Of a DNA stretch of 64,000 bases, positions 47,090 to 59,186 are shown piece by piece (positions within the stretch are counted from its first letter, which is position 1; each line of letters begins with the position of its first letter). This DNA is from Podarcis melisellensis. Its lineage: Eukaryota. Location of the stretch: the NCBI GenBank assembly GCA_964234715.1, contig OZ174289.1; one strand, written 5' to 3'. The translations under genes were made by a program, and so were the position numbers. Under the pieces are notes generated by a model. The model searched no databases. It was not told where the DNA came from and saw only the letters and a list, made by a program, of their open reading frames with translations.

Positions 47090-47548
47090 CTACGCCACAC
47101 ACGGGTGTAACCTTTTCCCACGTGCCAGGCACTCAACCCGCCGTGGCAGCCTCAACCTCTCCTTTGTCTCTCCCGCTCATCCCTCAGGAATCCTGGCCAA
47201 GGCAAGGGGGCGGGGCGGGAGGTCGTGACGTCGCGCGCGCTGCATGGGCGGGGCGGGGCCCCCGGTTGCTGCTTTGCCATTGGCCGGATTTTACCCCGCC
47301 CCTTGGAAAACGCCCGCTTCACTTGTCCAGTCATAAGCTATGGGACGGTCTTGCGCATTTTATATCACGCGGGTAGCGAAAGCCTTACTCCTCCCCCTCC
47401 CTCCCGCTTTTTGGCCTTTGCCGGTTGCCGTCGCCGCTCTTTCTCTCTCCTCAGCAGGAGCGCCGCCGTGCGAAAGAAAGAGCCAGGCTGCTCTGGGGAA
47501 AAGGAGCGGGGGTGGGGGCGTCCCTGCCGGCTCCCGTCCTCAGCCGCA
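47090..47548 (+). promoter_or_regulatory. CpG-island promoter / 5'UTR of SLC25A14
   Basis: Multiple GC boxes (ggggcggggcggg at about 47206 and 47246), CRE-like TGACGTC at 47226-47232, inverted CCAAT at about 47279-47283. Confidence 0.75.
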
Positions 47549-47612
47549 ATGTCGGTCCTGAGCTGGAAGCCGTTCGTCTACGGCGGCCTGGCCTCGCTCG
47601 TCGCCGAGTTCG
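47549..47612 (+). CDS. SLC25A14: SLC25A14 (UCP5/BMCP1) coding exon 1
   Basis: MSVLSWKPFVYGGLASLVAEF, donor G|gtgggt. Confidence 0.9.
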
Positions 47613-49231
47613 GTGGGTGAGAGGGGAAAGAGGGACCCGGGAGGTGGGTGGGGGGCCCCGGCCTGGGCGCACGCTCTCGCTTAGCCCCGCCCCTTCCCCG
47701 TTACCGGGCAACAGGCCACGCCCTTTCTAGGGCCTAGTGCCTTCGGACTGCTGTCTGGTGCCCGTTAGGAGGCTTTGTCCGGCCCTTGAGGGCTTTTCCT
47801 TATCTCCATCCCCTCATTGCTAATGGCGCATCCCGTTTTCACTTCGGTCCATACCACTCTGCCAGAGAAGAGGGGGTGGGGAAGCCTCGGCGGGGTGAAG
47901 GGGTTTTAGGACAGGGGAGATCACCTGCTTCGCATCTCCACCTGCCGGCGAAGCTCGCAGGGTGACCTTGGGCCACTGGCGCGCTGTCAGAGCAGCCTAC
48001 CTCGCAGAGTTGTTGTGAGGCAAAAGTATATCTGTTGATGGAGGGAGAAAACGAGGATCCGAATGCTAACAACGGGTGGTCATTGCAAGGGTGGCTTATT
48101 GGAAATGGAAAGAGAAAGGGGAAGGTGGGGAACGTGGGGGGAGGGGACGGAGACAGTATGATGTAGGGGTTAAAAGTTCTGAATTAGAACTCAAGGAATC
48201 GAGGTGTCGGTGAAGCTAAGTGGATGACCTTGGGCCTAGCACTGTCACTTGGCCTAGCCTACCTTGCAGGGCTGTAGTGGGGGTGACAGAACCACATACA
48301 TGGGTCTTGTGACCCTCAGAAGGAAGATGGGATATAGAGAGAAGCCCCTATGTTGCAGGGCCTCATTTTTCATACTAGTTCAGGAGAGAAGGTGGTTTGA
48401 CTCCTCAGCACAAAAGCTGTTGGGGTGACTTTGTGCGCTATACGTTCACTCTACCTATGTGTTGTGAGGGTGAAAATGGAAAAGCAGGATATTTTATGCC
48501 AATCTGCACTCCTCAGACGAAGAGTGGCAAAAATACACATAAATATATATAACAGTGGATGACTTAAGTCCATGGGTTGTTCCTGACTTCTTAAATATTT
48601 TAATTGTAAAAGCAATTAAATGTCCTTGTGGCCCCTTAAGGAGTAAGTAGATTTATTTGTGACACATGCTTTTGTCAATTGGAGACCGCTTTAGCTGCAT
48701 GAAATGTTATCACATCTATGTGTGTATGCATACATCATGCATGTACACATTGCTTTGTGTTTCTGTATGATAATTTATAAATTGCCTAGTGTTTTCTAGG
48801 TGCTATGCAAAGATTTAAAAGCAAAACACAGATCCCGTATGTACACTTAAAGGCTAGCAGACATGTTTCAAAGGGGAAATGATAGGGAAGGAATAGAGAA
48901 AAAGCAAATTTAGGTATTAGTTCTTCATAGTTGCATAACTGTTCCATAAACAAATGAAACAGCCACTGAAAGAGAGTTATCAGAGAGGAGGAGCCAAAAG
49001 ACGGTCACAGCAGAGCTGATTAGGTTGGCCTTCCTATCTTCTCCCTTACAAATCAAGTGTATACTGTATCTTACTGACATCCATAAATCACATGTGTGTA
49101 TATAGACAGAGTTTTTAAGGTATCAAACAGCACTTCAGCTCTGGTTCTTGATAGGATGCAATTAAACACTAAATTCATTAATTTATTTACAGTGAATAAC
49201 AAAACAGATTAATTCCTTATGGCAAAATGTA

Positions 49232-49472
49232 CAGTGGTACCTCGGGTTAAGAACTTAATTCGTTCCGGAGGTCCATTCTTAACCTGAAACTATTCTTAAC
49301 CTGAAGACCACTTTAGCTAATAGGGCTTCCCGCTGCCGCCGGGCCGCCGGAGCACAAGTTCTGTTCTCATCCTGAAGCAAAGTTCTTAACCCGAGGTACT
49401 ATTTCTGGGTTAGCGGAGTCTATAACAGGAAGCGTCTGTAACCTGAAGTGTATGTAACCCGAGGTACCACTG
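49232..49472. mobile_element. Tigger/mariner-type MITE, same family as 44650-44851
   Basis: Same 18-bp TIR with TA TSD. Confidence 0.85.
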
Positions 49473-49936
49473 TATTGGTTTCTGCCTTCTCTGTTCAGGT
49501 ATGACTCAACAGCGTGCTGTAGCTCAGTCGGCAGTTATTGAACCCTGGAGAATTGTACCAATCACTGTAGACAATGCTGAGCTAGATGAATGAATGTTTT
49601 GACTATGTATAAGGCAGCTTCCTATGTTGCTTCTAATGCCTTAATAAATTGCTTGGTCTTTAAGGGTGCCACAAGACCCTTAGTTGGTTTTGGTGAAGTG
49701 TGGGAAGCAGATGGGAGAAATACTTATCTGTTTGGATGGCTTAGTTCAGTACAGGCGATACTTGCGCTTTGTAGGAAGAAATAGGTCAGTGAACTTGATT
49801 GCATCCTAGTCAAATATGTAAATTATTACAGAGTGGCTAGTGTTGGCATGGATTTGGGGCAGGGTTGACCAATCAGCATCCTTCTCAGCCCTCACTTTGG
49901 TGTCTGAGCTGAAGTCTCTCTCTCTTTTTCTTATAG

Positions 49937-50084
49937 GGACGTTTCCTGTGGATCTCACCAAAACACGACTTCAAGTCCAAGGCCAAAGCATTGATGCCCG
50001 TTTCCGAGAGATCAAGTATCGGGGCATGTTCCATGCCTTGTTTCGTATCTCCAGGGAAGAAGGCATTCTTGCACTCTACTCTGG
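49937..50084 (+). CDS. SLC25A14: SLC25A14 coding exon 2
   Basis: ttatag|GG..GG|gtaaag. Encodes [22 protein letters not shown] (carrier motif PxDxxKxR). Residues match SLC25A14 rather than SLC25A30. Confidence 0.95.
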
Positions 50085-50295
50085 GTAAAGCGCTGTCCTT
50101 TATGTACAGTAACCACACAATGCTTGAGGCATCTTCCCCATCCTTTAAATTGAGGTTTCAGAACCTGTAGATAGCAAGAGTCAAAACTGTATACTGTAAT
50201 TGGAATGCTAGGAGAACTCAGCCAAAACCCCCCAAGGAGGAGTGATGCTCCTGCTTTGCTGAGTGGAACTTAACTGTCTTCTTCCCCCACCACAG

Positions 50296-50390
50296 GATCG
50301 CTCCAGCCTTGTTAAGACAAGCATCTTATGGCACAATAAAGATTGGTATATACCAGACTTTGAAGCGACTTTTTGTGGATCGATTAGAAG
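50296..50390 (+). CDS. SLC25A14: SLC25A14 coding exon 3
   Basis: cacag|G..G|gttagt. Encodes [31 protein letters not shown]. Confidence 0.94.
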
Positions 50391-52394
50391 GTTAGTTTGC
50401 CAAGAAAACAGTGTGTGCCTTTTTTTCTTAATCTATAGGGCCATGTATATTGATGATGCCATACTATAAATAATTTATCTGGTTTGGGCTTCCTCTTTTA
50501 TGTCTCTGGCCTCAAATCCCTAAGGTGGACAAAAGGGCTGCATCAATCCACTGCAAATAGATGATGGAACTGCACCCAAAGGTGTTCTAGAAAGACTCAA
50601 CATATTTCAAGTTATAAAGTTTACTCCTCAGGAGTAGCTTTATTTTTTACTTCTCTTCTTTCAAGAGAGAGTGAGCCACATTTCTCTCTGCTTCATTTGC
50701 TGTCTTTGACGTTTTCTACAGCATCTTTGGATGCAATTGCTCTTGTCGGTCATAATTCACGTTTTTTAAAAAAGTTCTCACTTAATGTTTGTTTATCAGT
50801 GGCTACTGTATGAGATTGGGCCCTTTGGTGTAGGTATACTAAGCTAAGCATGCAGGGATGGTTGTATTACATACATACATAATTTCATTTGTATGCCATC
50901 TTTCCACTGTTCAGGCCATGCTCAAGCTGGCTTACAATATGAAAAAATACAAAACTGCAACATTACAAAGGTAGTAATAAACAAAAAAATAAATAAAACC
51001 AAACTGAACACTTTCCACATAAATCACAAGATGTAAAATAAAGATACCCCCCCCAAAAAAGCCCCCACCCCAAGCAACACCCCAGCCTGAGATCTGTTCA
51101 GCAGCTTCAGCTTTTGTAGCTGGAGTCAGTTAGGACCTGGGAGTCCCAGACCAGGTGGAAAAAGCTTGCAAGGCAGGGAGCAGGTCTTTCAGGTCTCACA
51201 ACAATATAAGCATGTGAAAGGGCTCATGCATACATGGACTAATCCCACCCTCTGGATACGGGCATGCATGGTTGACATGCACTACTACCACAGCCAATGC
51301 ACAACTGACATCAGTCTGAAAGGACTTCTGTGCATGCATTTATGCACACACATAGATGCACTACAAATAGCACCTGCTATTCCTGGAGTCTGGCAAAACT
51401 GGAGTGATACTTGAGTGTTGGGGGAAGAGATGCTTTTTACTGGAGGTAGGTGAGGTATTGTAGTCAGTCATGCTGTGATTTTCATTCAAACAACTGGCTG
51501 TTACTTAGCTTCATCTTGGTCCATTTCCTGGCAGCCTCTCTAGTACTTCCTGCAATTCAGAATCAAGTTCCTGGGCAGCACTGTCCTCTTGTTTTCCTTT
51601 TGGAAGCTTGGAGCTTGGTACTGTTGTTGTTGTGGACTCTGATTAAGCTGGTAGCCCTGCCACTCCTGGGCTCCTGATGGAGAAACCATAGCATAGCTTG
51701 AGTTCCTCTAGTACTTGCAACTGTAGAATGTAACATAACTTACTAGAATCCAGCAACATGCCTCCTTGTCTCTTGGCTGCCCAACACAGTTGCCTCTGTC
51801 TATGCCTGCCACATGTGGTGTGTCATGGTCTCTCTGCTTCTGGGTACTATATCCTAAATATTTGTTTCCCTTCAGGCCCCACGCAGCTGTTGACCCGGTC
51901 TCCTTTGGAGAGCGCTGCGGTCAGTACCACTGCCCTTCCCAGCATTAACTCTGCTCTAACTCTTGGCTTTTACTTTCTGAACTAATGATCTAATCTCCTT
52001 GGCTGGGGTTTTTTTGGTCTTGGGGATGGCTCTTCTAGGTTTTGGTAGAATCCTCCCCAGCCCCACCATCAAAATTCTTTGAACATTGCCCCTATGGGAT
52101 TGGATGACATTTCTTTAGACAGATAACTGTCCCAAAGAGCAAGTTAACTGGTAGTGTGCTCCTGTGCTCTCATAGGTCAAGCTGCAGAAGTACTTTCATT
52201 AAAAACCAGAAGTGTTACAAGGCTGTTCTTGGTGCCATAGGCCCAAAAGAAAAAAAAGCTGGAACACTTGGTCTTTATGTAGCATTACATCTTTGTTGTC
52301 TTTGTTTTTCTTCCTAAAATACTCTCTTGCTCTCCCTCCTTTGGGGTCCATTCTGGGGTTATAACTTCCTCTCCAAACTCCTTCCTGTTTGCAG

Positions 52395-52480
52395 ATGAAA
52401 CATTACTACTAAATGTTATATGTGGAGTTGTGTCAGGGGTGATCTCCTCTGCGCTGGCAAATCCAACAGATGTACTGAAG
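52395..52480 (+). CDS. SLC25A14: SLC25A14 coding exon 4
   Basis: tttgcag|AT..AAG|gtaaga. Encodes [28 protein letters not shown]. Confidence 0.94.
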
Positions 52481-53641
52481 GTAAGAGGGACCTGCCTTTG
52501 TGTATATACTTGCTGCTTCCATATGTTATCTCCTTTGGTCCTTAGCCTGTGGAGATGCTGCTATTTTGCTTCTACAATCCATAGCACTGCCATAGCTGCT
52601 ACTCCATGTTTGCCATACTTTTTGACCATACACGCAGCAACAAAGGGAAGAGACCGAATACAGTTTCACATTAGTGTAACACTTTTAAGTTAGACACGTG
52701 AAGACTAGTAGTCCTCAGCCTCTTCTGATGAGCCTTTAACTGCAGCCTGTTATCATGTTCCAAAAATATTAATGAACTTTTGTATTTGTTTAAAATGATG
52801 ATGGATCCATTCATATTTGGTTTTAATTTGTAAGTGCCGAATCGCAACCAACGCAGTGCTGCGGGTTGCAAACGTGCTTCCCGCACGGCTCACGTTCACA
52901 ACCCAAGCGTCCACTGTATATACTTTAAATACAGTAAGCCCACAATTTACACGGTGGCTACATTCCAGGGATCACCCCTAAAGCCAAAATCACTTATAGT
53001 CAAAAGTCATTTGGTTCAGTGGATGGCCAGGATTGCCAAAGTTAATTTCCCCAGAACACCCCCCCCCTTTTCACCCCTTTTTAATTCTTAAAATATTACT
53101 TTGCACATGAATGTGGACAAATTAAATGTGCATAAGTTGCAGGCTTATTGTAAGACTCATTTTAACCCCCTGCAAGCTATATTTGGCTGTCTTCCTGCTT
53201 CTTTCTCTCTTGGGTGACCAGAAGCAAAGGAGGACAGCAGTGGTACTTGTGCAGAAGAGGTAATTTAAGCAGGTGCTGCTGATATTTGAGGGATGAGAAA
53301 ACTCACAGAATGGTTTAACAGTAGAGGAGGATTGCCTTCCTTGCATCTGGTCACATTTTCTCTCTCAAACCTCTTTTCCAACCTAAAGCACATACACAAA
53401 AAGTTTGTGGTGATAATACCGTATTAGTTTACAGCATGACCCAGCCATAGGCCCTTGCTCACTAGTTCAAGACCAGCCATATACAACAAATGGTTTTGAT
53501 ACCATGCTAGACAGCTGCTTCATGCTTAGATTCTTGGGTTTACAAGCAGTTTACTTTGGATAGCAGCTCATTCATTACTTTATCAGGAATGTTGATTCAT
53601 TTCTCTAACTAGGAAGTCTCTTGCTCATCCATCTCTTTTAG

Positions 53642-53737
53642 ATCCGAATGCAGGCTCAGGGCAGTCTGTTCCAAGGAGGAATGATTGGAAGCTTCATAGA
53701 CATCTACCAGCAGGAAGGCACACGGGGGCTATGGAGA
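53642..53737 (+). CDS. SLC25A14: SLC25A14 coding exon 5
   Basis: ttttag|ATC..AGA|gtaagt. Encodes [32 protein letters not shown]. Confidence 0.95.
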
Positions 53738-53767
53738 GTAAGTGCTTCTTTTGTACATATCCTTTTC

Positions 53768-53827
53768 TTCCTTCCTTCCTTCCTTCCTTCCTTCCTTCCT
53801 TCCTTCCTTCCTTCCTTCCTTCCTTCC
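53768..53827 (+). repeat. (TTCC)n microsatellite
   Basis: Direct reading of the sequence. Starts about 30 nt after the exon 5 donor. Confidence 0.95.
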
Positions 53828-54302
53828 CCCCCCACCGACTACTTCTCCTAGTAGTGCTAGCACCCCATCCATCTATCATTTGCTTTAAAAAAAAATCTTC
53901 AGAGAACAAACTTTTGTGTAGTAAGACTTATCAAGTCTTATCAAGTCTTATTTTGTAGTGAGACTTATCAAGGATAATATGAATTTCTGCATTTTGGTAT
54001 CCTAACTTATGTAAAATCCACATTGTTTTGGTATAGTGAGTGTGCTGCAGATTGAATTGGCTAATATTCCTAGTTTGCCTTAGTACCAGCATGTATTCCT
54101 TGAGTGCAGTACTCAAATTACTGGGGTGTGTGTTCAGAGGTGAATGTCCCCATTGATGTCCCCATTGTCCACTATTTAGAGAGATTATTGAGGGAAGCCT
54201 GATTTTGCTACAGTTAAAGAGGGGTCAGGGGGTAAGTTGCTCCCCAACTTTTCTGCCATAGTTTGAGAAGTGACCAGGGTTCTTCCTCTGGTTGTCTTAA
54301 GG

Positions 54303-54757
54303 CATGGGTTGGGAAACTAAGGCCCGGGGGCTGAATCCAGCCCGCAGATGCTCTGGGAATCGCCGTGGAGATTCTGATCATTTGGGCTGTGCCATTCTCC
54401 CCCCAACCCACACACACTGTGGCAGCGGCACCTCTTCCCTCCCTCCTCCTGGCTTCTCCTTGCCCTGCCTAGAGAAGGAAGGGGGCTGGGCTTTGTTGAG
54501 CCACAGTTGGCTGAGTGCCATTTTAAGCAGGTCCTCCCACCCCAGCCAGCCCTTCCACGCCGCTCATTGTCCCTCCGCCGCCAGCCCCTGCCGCTCGCAA
54601 GGCACAGATAAGCAGCCACCAAGGCTCGTCCAGTGCTGTGGAGAAGGGAGGGGAAAGTCGGTGAGGGGGGATTCCCCCCCCAAAATATAGACCAGCCCCC
54701 CACAAGGTCTGAGGGATGGTGGACCAGCCCCCTGTGAAAAAAGTTTGCTGACCCCTG
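54303..54757. mobile_element. hAT-type non-autonomous element
   Basis: Ends catgggttgggaaact / agtttgctgacccctg. 8-bp TSD tcttaagg at 54295-54302 and 54758-54765. Confidence 0.7.
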
Positions 54758-55635
54758 TCTTAAGGCTATCTTTGTTCTGGATGCCACCTTAGCGTGAGAG
54801 AACATGGAATGTGGTAACATGTTTTTGTGCTGGATAAATGCTTTCTACTCCATAACAAATAGTATTTATATCCCCATACCTCCAAGTTCTCAAGGTGGTC
54901 CACATCAAGGTTAAGAATAAATTAAAAATACATATAACAAAGCAATGCAACAAAAAAAACACCCAGATTATTGTAAAATTATTATAAACTGTATGCATGT
55001 CTAGCAAAGTGCTGGAATGAAAGGATAATGAACTTGACCTATTCCTTACTTTTGCCTTCCCTTTCTTTAGCTATTGAACCTGCTTGGGGGGAAATTCTCT
55101 GCAGAATCTTAATTTGTCCAGTTCATGAGGTGGATTCAATAGGCTTGCTTGTCTTTTCTGAGTGGGGGGCAGGCAGCAACTAGGATCATGGTTGCAAACC
55201 CCTTGGGTTTGTAGAGTTAAACCAGTTTAATATAATATAGCCACAAAGTGGGATCCAATACTGCATTCTTCCTTAATTCAGTTCCCCAGCTCTGACCTAA
55301 GCAAGCAAATACCAAGATGCAGCTTCTTGGAAGGAGGAGGACTAAAAGGAAAGAACATTAAGTAATATAAAGAAATCAGTGTGCTGTATTCTAGTCAAAT
55401 TTTGTTTTCTATTGCAGAGTTAAGGATAGTACAGGAAGCTATCTTTTCTAAGGATAGCAAATGTTATTATGCCCAGGATACTTTGGCAGGCCTTGATAGC
55501 CAATGAGCCTTCCTTTTCCAAAAGATTATGCAGGCTGCAAACGTCAAGGTATTTGGGAGTGGAGATACATGGGAGTTACTAGAGTGAGGGTCTCTGGTGG
55601 CAGCACTATTAACTTGCAGTCTTTTTATTTGGCAG

Positions 55636-55760
55636 GGTGTTGTCCCGACTGCTCAGAGAGCTGCCATAGTGGTGGGAGTCGAATTGCCAGTCTATGACAT
55701 CACCAAGAAGCACTTGATCCTTTCAGGACTTGTGGGGGACACAATCCTTGCCCACTTCAT
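55636..55760 (+). CDS. SLC25A14: SLC25A14 coding exon 6
   Basis: ggcag|GGT..AT|gtaatt. Encodes [41 protein letters not shown]. Confidence 0.94.
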
Positions 55761-56652
55761 GTAATTATTGACCAGTTTTGCATGTATAAAATGAATGTAA
55801 ACATAGTGCTGTGGTGGGAAGATCACCTCTACCCACTGTCAGATCAATTTTCTGATGAGCAGAGGTGATGATAACTCCTTCTCCGAGGCTGGTCTGCATG
55901 AATCAGCTGAGGATGCGAGCTCTGGTGTGAGAGGATGAGCGGGGAGCAGTATTGTGTGGGTACGTCTATTTTTGGTCACACCTGTTGATGGCATGCAGCT
56001 CCTGGAAGATTTGTCAAAGGTGAATGTGGCCCATGGACTTTACACTTCTGTGCTGAAGTTTCTCATTTCCACTGCCTGAGGAGTAGGTGTTTTTTTAAAT
56101 GTTTGTGTCATGGAAGTACCAATCTAACATAAACACAAATAAATTAAGAACAGTTACTAAATCATCTGTAGGCACCTAAAACTCAATTCTGGCAGGCACC
56201 TCCTCTTTCCCCTTTCTTATTCTCAGCACTTTTCAGAAGAGGAAGGGGAAGTAAAAAGAGAAAATGCCCCTTCGCTCACTTCATGCTGGAAATGAGAGGC
56301 AAGCCCTGTTGAGTCCTCAGGCGCATACAGAGATCTGTGGAACAGAAAGGGCCTCATTTTTAACTTCTTTCCAGATTCTGGTCAGGAGCAGTCAGGACAG
56401 ATCTGCAGTGCTTCGAACTTTTACCAAAGCCAGTGCCAACTAATCCTGGCCCTACTTTGAGTTGTCTGTGTATACAGAAGATTTAGGGGAGAGGGGCTGG
56501 TGGTAACTAGAAAAAATGGTTCCTGTGCACATCACCTCCATTATGTCAGTCTTGTTTCTAGAACCAGTATATTATGAATGGGAGGAATCCGCAACCCCCA
56601 ATTGTTTCCCCTGGAGTGCAAAAAGTAACCTCGTGTATTCTTCTCTATTTAG

Positions 56653-56788
56653 TTCCAGTTTTACATGTGGGCTGGCTGGTGCCGTTGCTTCAAATCCAGT
56701 GGATGTGGTGCGGACACGTATGATGAATCAAAGGGCCATTGTGGGGACCGTTGACCTCTACAGGGGTACACTGGATGGTCTGGTAAAG
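56653..56788 (+). CDS. SLC25A14: SLC25A14 coding exon 7
   Basis: tttag|T..AAG|gtagga. Encodes [45 protein letters not shown]. Confidence 0.94.
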
Positions 56789-57568
56789 GTAGGATTTGTA
56801 ACGAAGTCACTTTTGGGTCTTGAAATGTCAGGGAAAAAATGGAAGATGGGTTAAAATCCTAAAAGTCCTTTGAAGTTGCTCATACAACATTAAAATAATT
56901 CAGTGATGTGTATATGGCACGTGAGGTTTCTCCAAAAGCTAATTAAGATCCTAGTGTTATGCCATTCGTTCACAGTTTGTAGAAGCAAACAGTATAAAGC
57001 AGCCTCTTTCAATTAGCCCCTTTCATCTTTACTACTTTTAAAAAATTAAATAAATAAATACAAACTGATCAGTGATTTGGTGTGTATATAGGGATTGCAC
57101 TTTTTCCAAGACAAGGATAAATGACAAATCTACTGGGAACTTCTTGTGTCTTCTAAATGAAGGAAACTTGCACACAAACACATGTCTGTGTATTTCTGGT
57201 AATTCTTGTGCCTGCCTCCAAAGCCAGCCATTGGGACTTTGCCTGCAGTTAAAACACTAGAAAGAGCAAAGGCATGTAATGAGCAGCTGGAGGAGATAGC
57301 GGGTACCTGTGGCCCTCCAGATGTTGCTGGGCTACAAAGTCCCATTATCCCTGGCCCATTGGACATTCTGCCTGGGAATGATGAGAGCTGGACTTCAACA
57401 ACACTTGGAGAGCTACAGGTTCCCCTCCTCTAGAGGTTTTCTAGAGACTGAATATCACCCTGTAACAGAAAGTTAATTGCTTTCTGTTCTGCCATATAGC
57501 TGCAGGCCTTTGAGAGAACTGGTAGGTTGATCACAGTGGGTCCTGAAAATTTTCTGTCTCCTTCCCAG

Positions 57569-57649
57569 ACATGGAAAAGTGAGGGCTTCTTCGCGCTTTA
57601 CAAAGGATTCTGGCCAAATTGGTTGCGGCTTGGCCCCTGGAACATCATT
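57569..57649 (+). CDS. SLC25A14: SLC25A14 coding exon 8
   Basis: ttcccag|ACA..ATT|gtatccttt. Encodes [27 protein letters not shown]. Confidence 0.94.
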
Positions 57650-59144
57650 GTATCCTTTAATGTGTGTGACCTTGGTGGGAAAGGAAAGTCGGAGAGAGTT
57701 CTCAAAGCAATTATCCCATAGTATTCTTTCTGGATATTAGATATTAGATCATAGCTAGACAGATCTTACAACAATCCAGCAATGATGTATTCTCATTTCA
57801 CTTTCAACTGCAACTAAATTAAACTGTTGTTTAAAGGTGAATGCCCAGTGTGCTGATGCAGGCTGCTAAAATTGCAAGGGCTTCACTTTGCTCCTTGTTT
57901 GTTGCTGCTAGGGACCAAGCCATGGTCTGGTTTAGTTTTGGTTCTGAACCTGGGCTTGTGGATTTACTGCTCTCTAAACAAACCATAAGTGGTAAGCCAA
58001 TAACAGATTTTGGTTACAGTTTGTAGTATACTTGTGGAGAGAATTAAGCCACTAACCTACGTTAAGATGTAATCCTAAGCCACACTACAGCTTAGTTTCC
58101 AGCAGGAACAAGGGAAGAGACAAGCTCCTGTGATTTCATCACTGTGTGCTTGCTTTTAAACTGTACTTTAGTTTAAAGTGGTATGTGAACCAGGCCACTG
58201 TACATTATGGGAACTGTGAGACTTGGAGCTGAAAGGACCTTGTTTTTCATTTTAAAACAAACAAACTGGTCCTCTGAGTAGTCTTTATGTGCTGTGCATT
58301 TTTAGCCAAATTGATATTTTCTCAGGGGTGGGGAGTTGGGGCCCTTTTCAGTTTTTATTTTATTTATCTAGGGTGTACTAAACAGTGGTGATAAAATTAC
58401 ACTGAGTGGGCAAGGTAAAGGCTGCAGAACAGTGGTCAAAGGGGCCATAGGTACCACATAGCACAGCTTAGTAGTGGCAGAGCTCATACTTTGCATGCAG
58501 AGGATTCCAGTTCAATCCGGGCAGCTCCCATTTAAAAAAGGACCTCTAGTAGTCAGATACAGGAAAGATCTCTGCTTTCAGAATAGTGGTATTTCTTGGT
58601 ATAAGGGAGCTTCATATGTTAACTGTGTATTTGGACTATATGTATAGCCCAGATTTCTCACTAGCCTGAAATGGGGGGGATGATGATGATGAAGCAGTAC
58701 TCTAGCTGTCTAGCATGACCAACACAGGTGGAAAACAGGCTTTGTAGTTCTCAAGTTGCAGAAACAATGAGGGAAGTCCTAGGAATATTTGTTAGCTGGG
58801 TGATTATTTTTCTTTCTCCTGCTTTTTGACCAAATAGTAACAGTCTCTAGGCTTCTGCAGTTCTGACTGTGGAGCTGTCTCATTACTTGGGTGAGAAAGT
58901 GGCTTCTCTGATATTTCACGAGCGAATAGTTGCAGATGGTTATCCAAAGCAGGTGTTGGTTGAGAGTCTTCTTGTCCCAGCAGCTCCAGGTCGAAAGCAC
59001 TTATGACTGGATTGCCCTTCTGTTTCATGGTTTGAAATAGAAACCTATAAAGTGGATGCTTAGCTGCGATGAGACTTGGGACAGGGAGCAGGGTATGGAA
59101 TGAAAAGCCAATTGCTTGAGGGTATTTCTTTAACTTGTTGACAG
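57650..59144 (+). other. SLC25A14: U12-type (minor spliceosome) GT-AG intron
   Basis: 5' splice site GTATCCTTT. Branch site TTTCTTTAAC at 59125-59134, about 10 nt before the AG, with no extended polypyrimidine tract. Confidence 0.88.
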
Positions 59145-59186
59145 TTTTTTATCACCTACGAGCAGCTGAAGAGGCTCCCTTTCTAG
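59145..59186 (+). CDS. SLC25A14: SLC25A14 coding exon 9 (terminal)
   Basis: acag|TTT, FFITYEQLKRLPF*. The summed CDS is 873 nt = 290 aa plus stop. AATAAA at 59568-59573. Confidence 0.92.
   Translation, partial: FFITYEQLKRLPF

Noticed and set aside
47225-47548. Open frame extending SLC25A14 upstream by about 108 codons
   Set aside because: Starts at GTG within promoter motifs, has no in-frame ATG and does not resemble the mammalian extension.
55850-55915. Possible intronic C/D snoRNA or hammerhead (CTGATGAG, GTGATGA ... CTGA)
   Set aside because: C-to-D spacing is only about 45 nt with no terminal stem, and no GAAA or stems complete a hammerhead.
47549-59186. Alternative identity SLC25A30 (KMCP1), suggested by the 290-aa length
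   Set aside because: Diagnostic residues (VAEFG, SIDARF, GSLFQG, GVVPTAQ, AIVG.VDLY) and the neighbours RAB33A and RBMX2 indicate SLC25A14.
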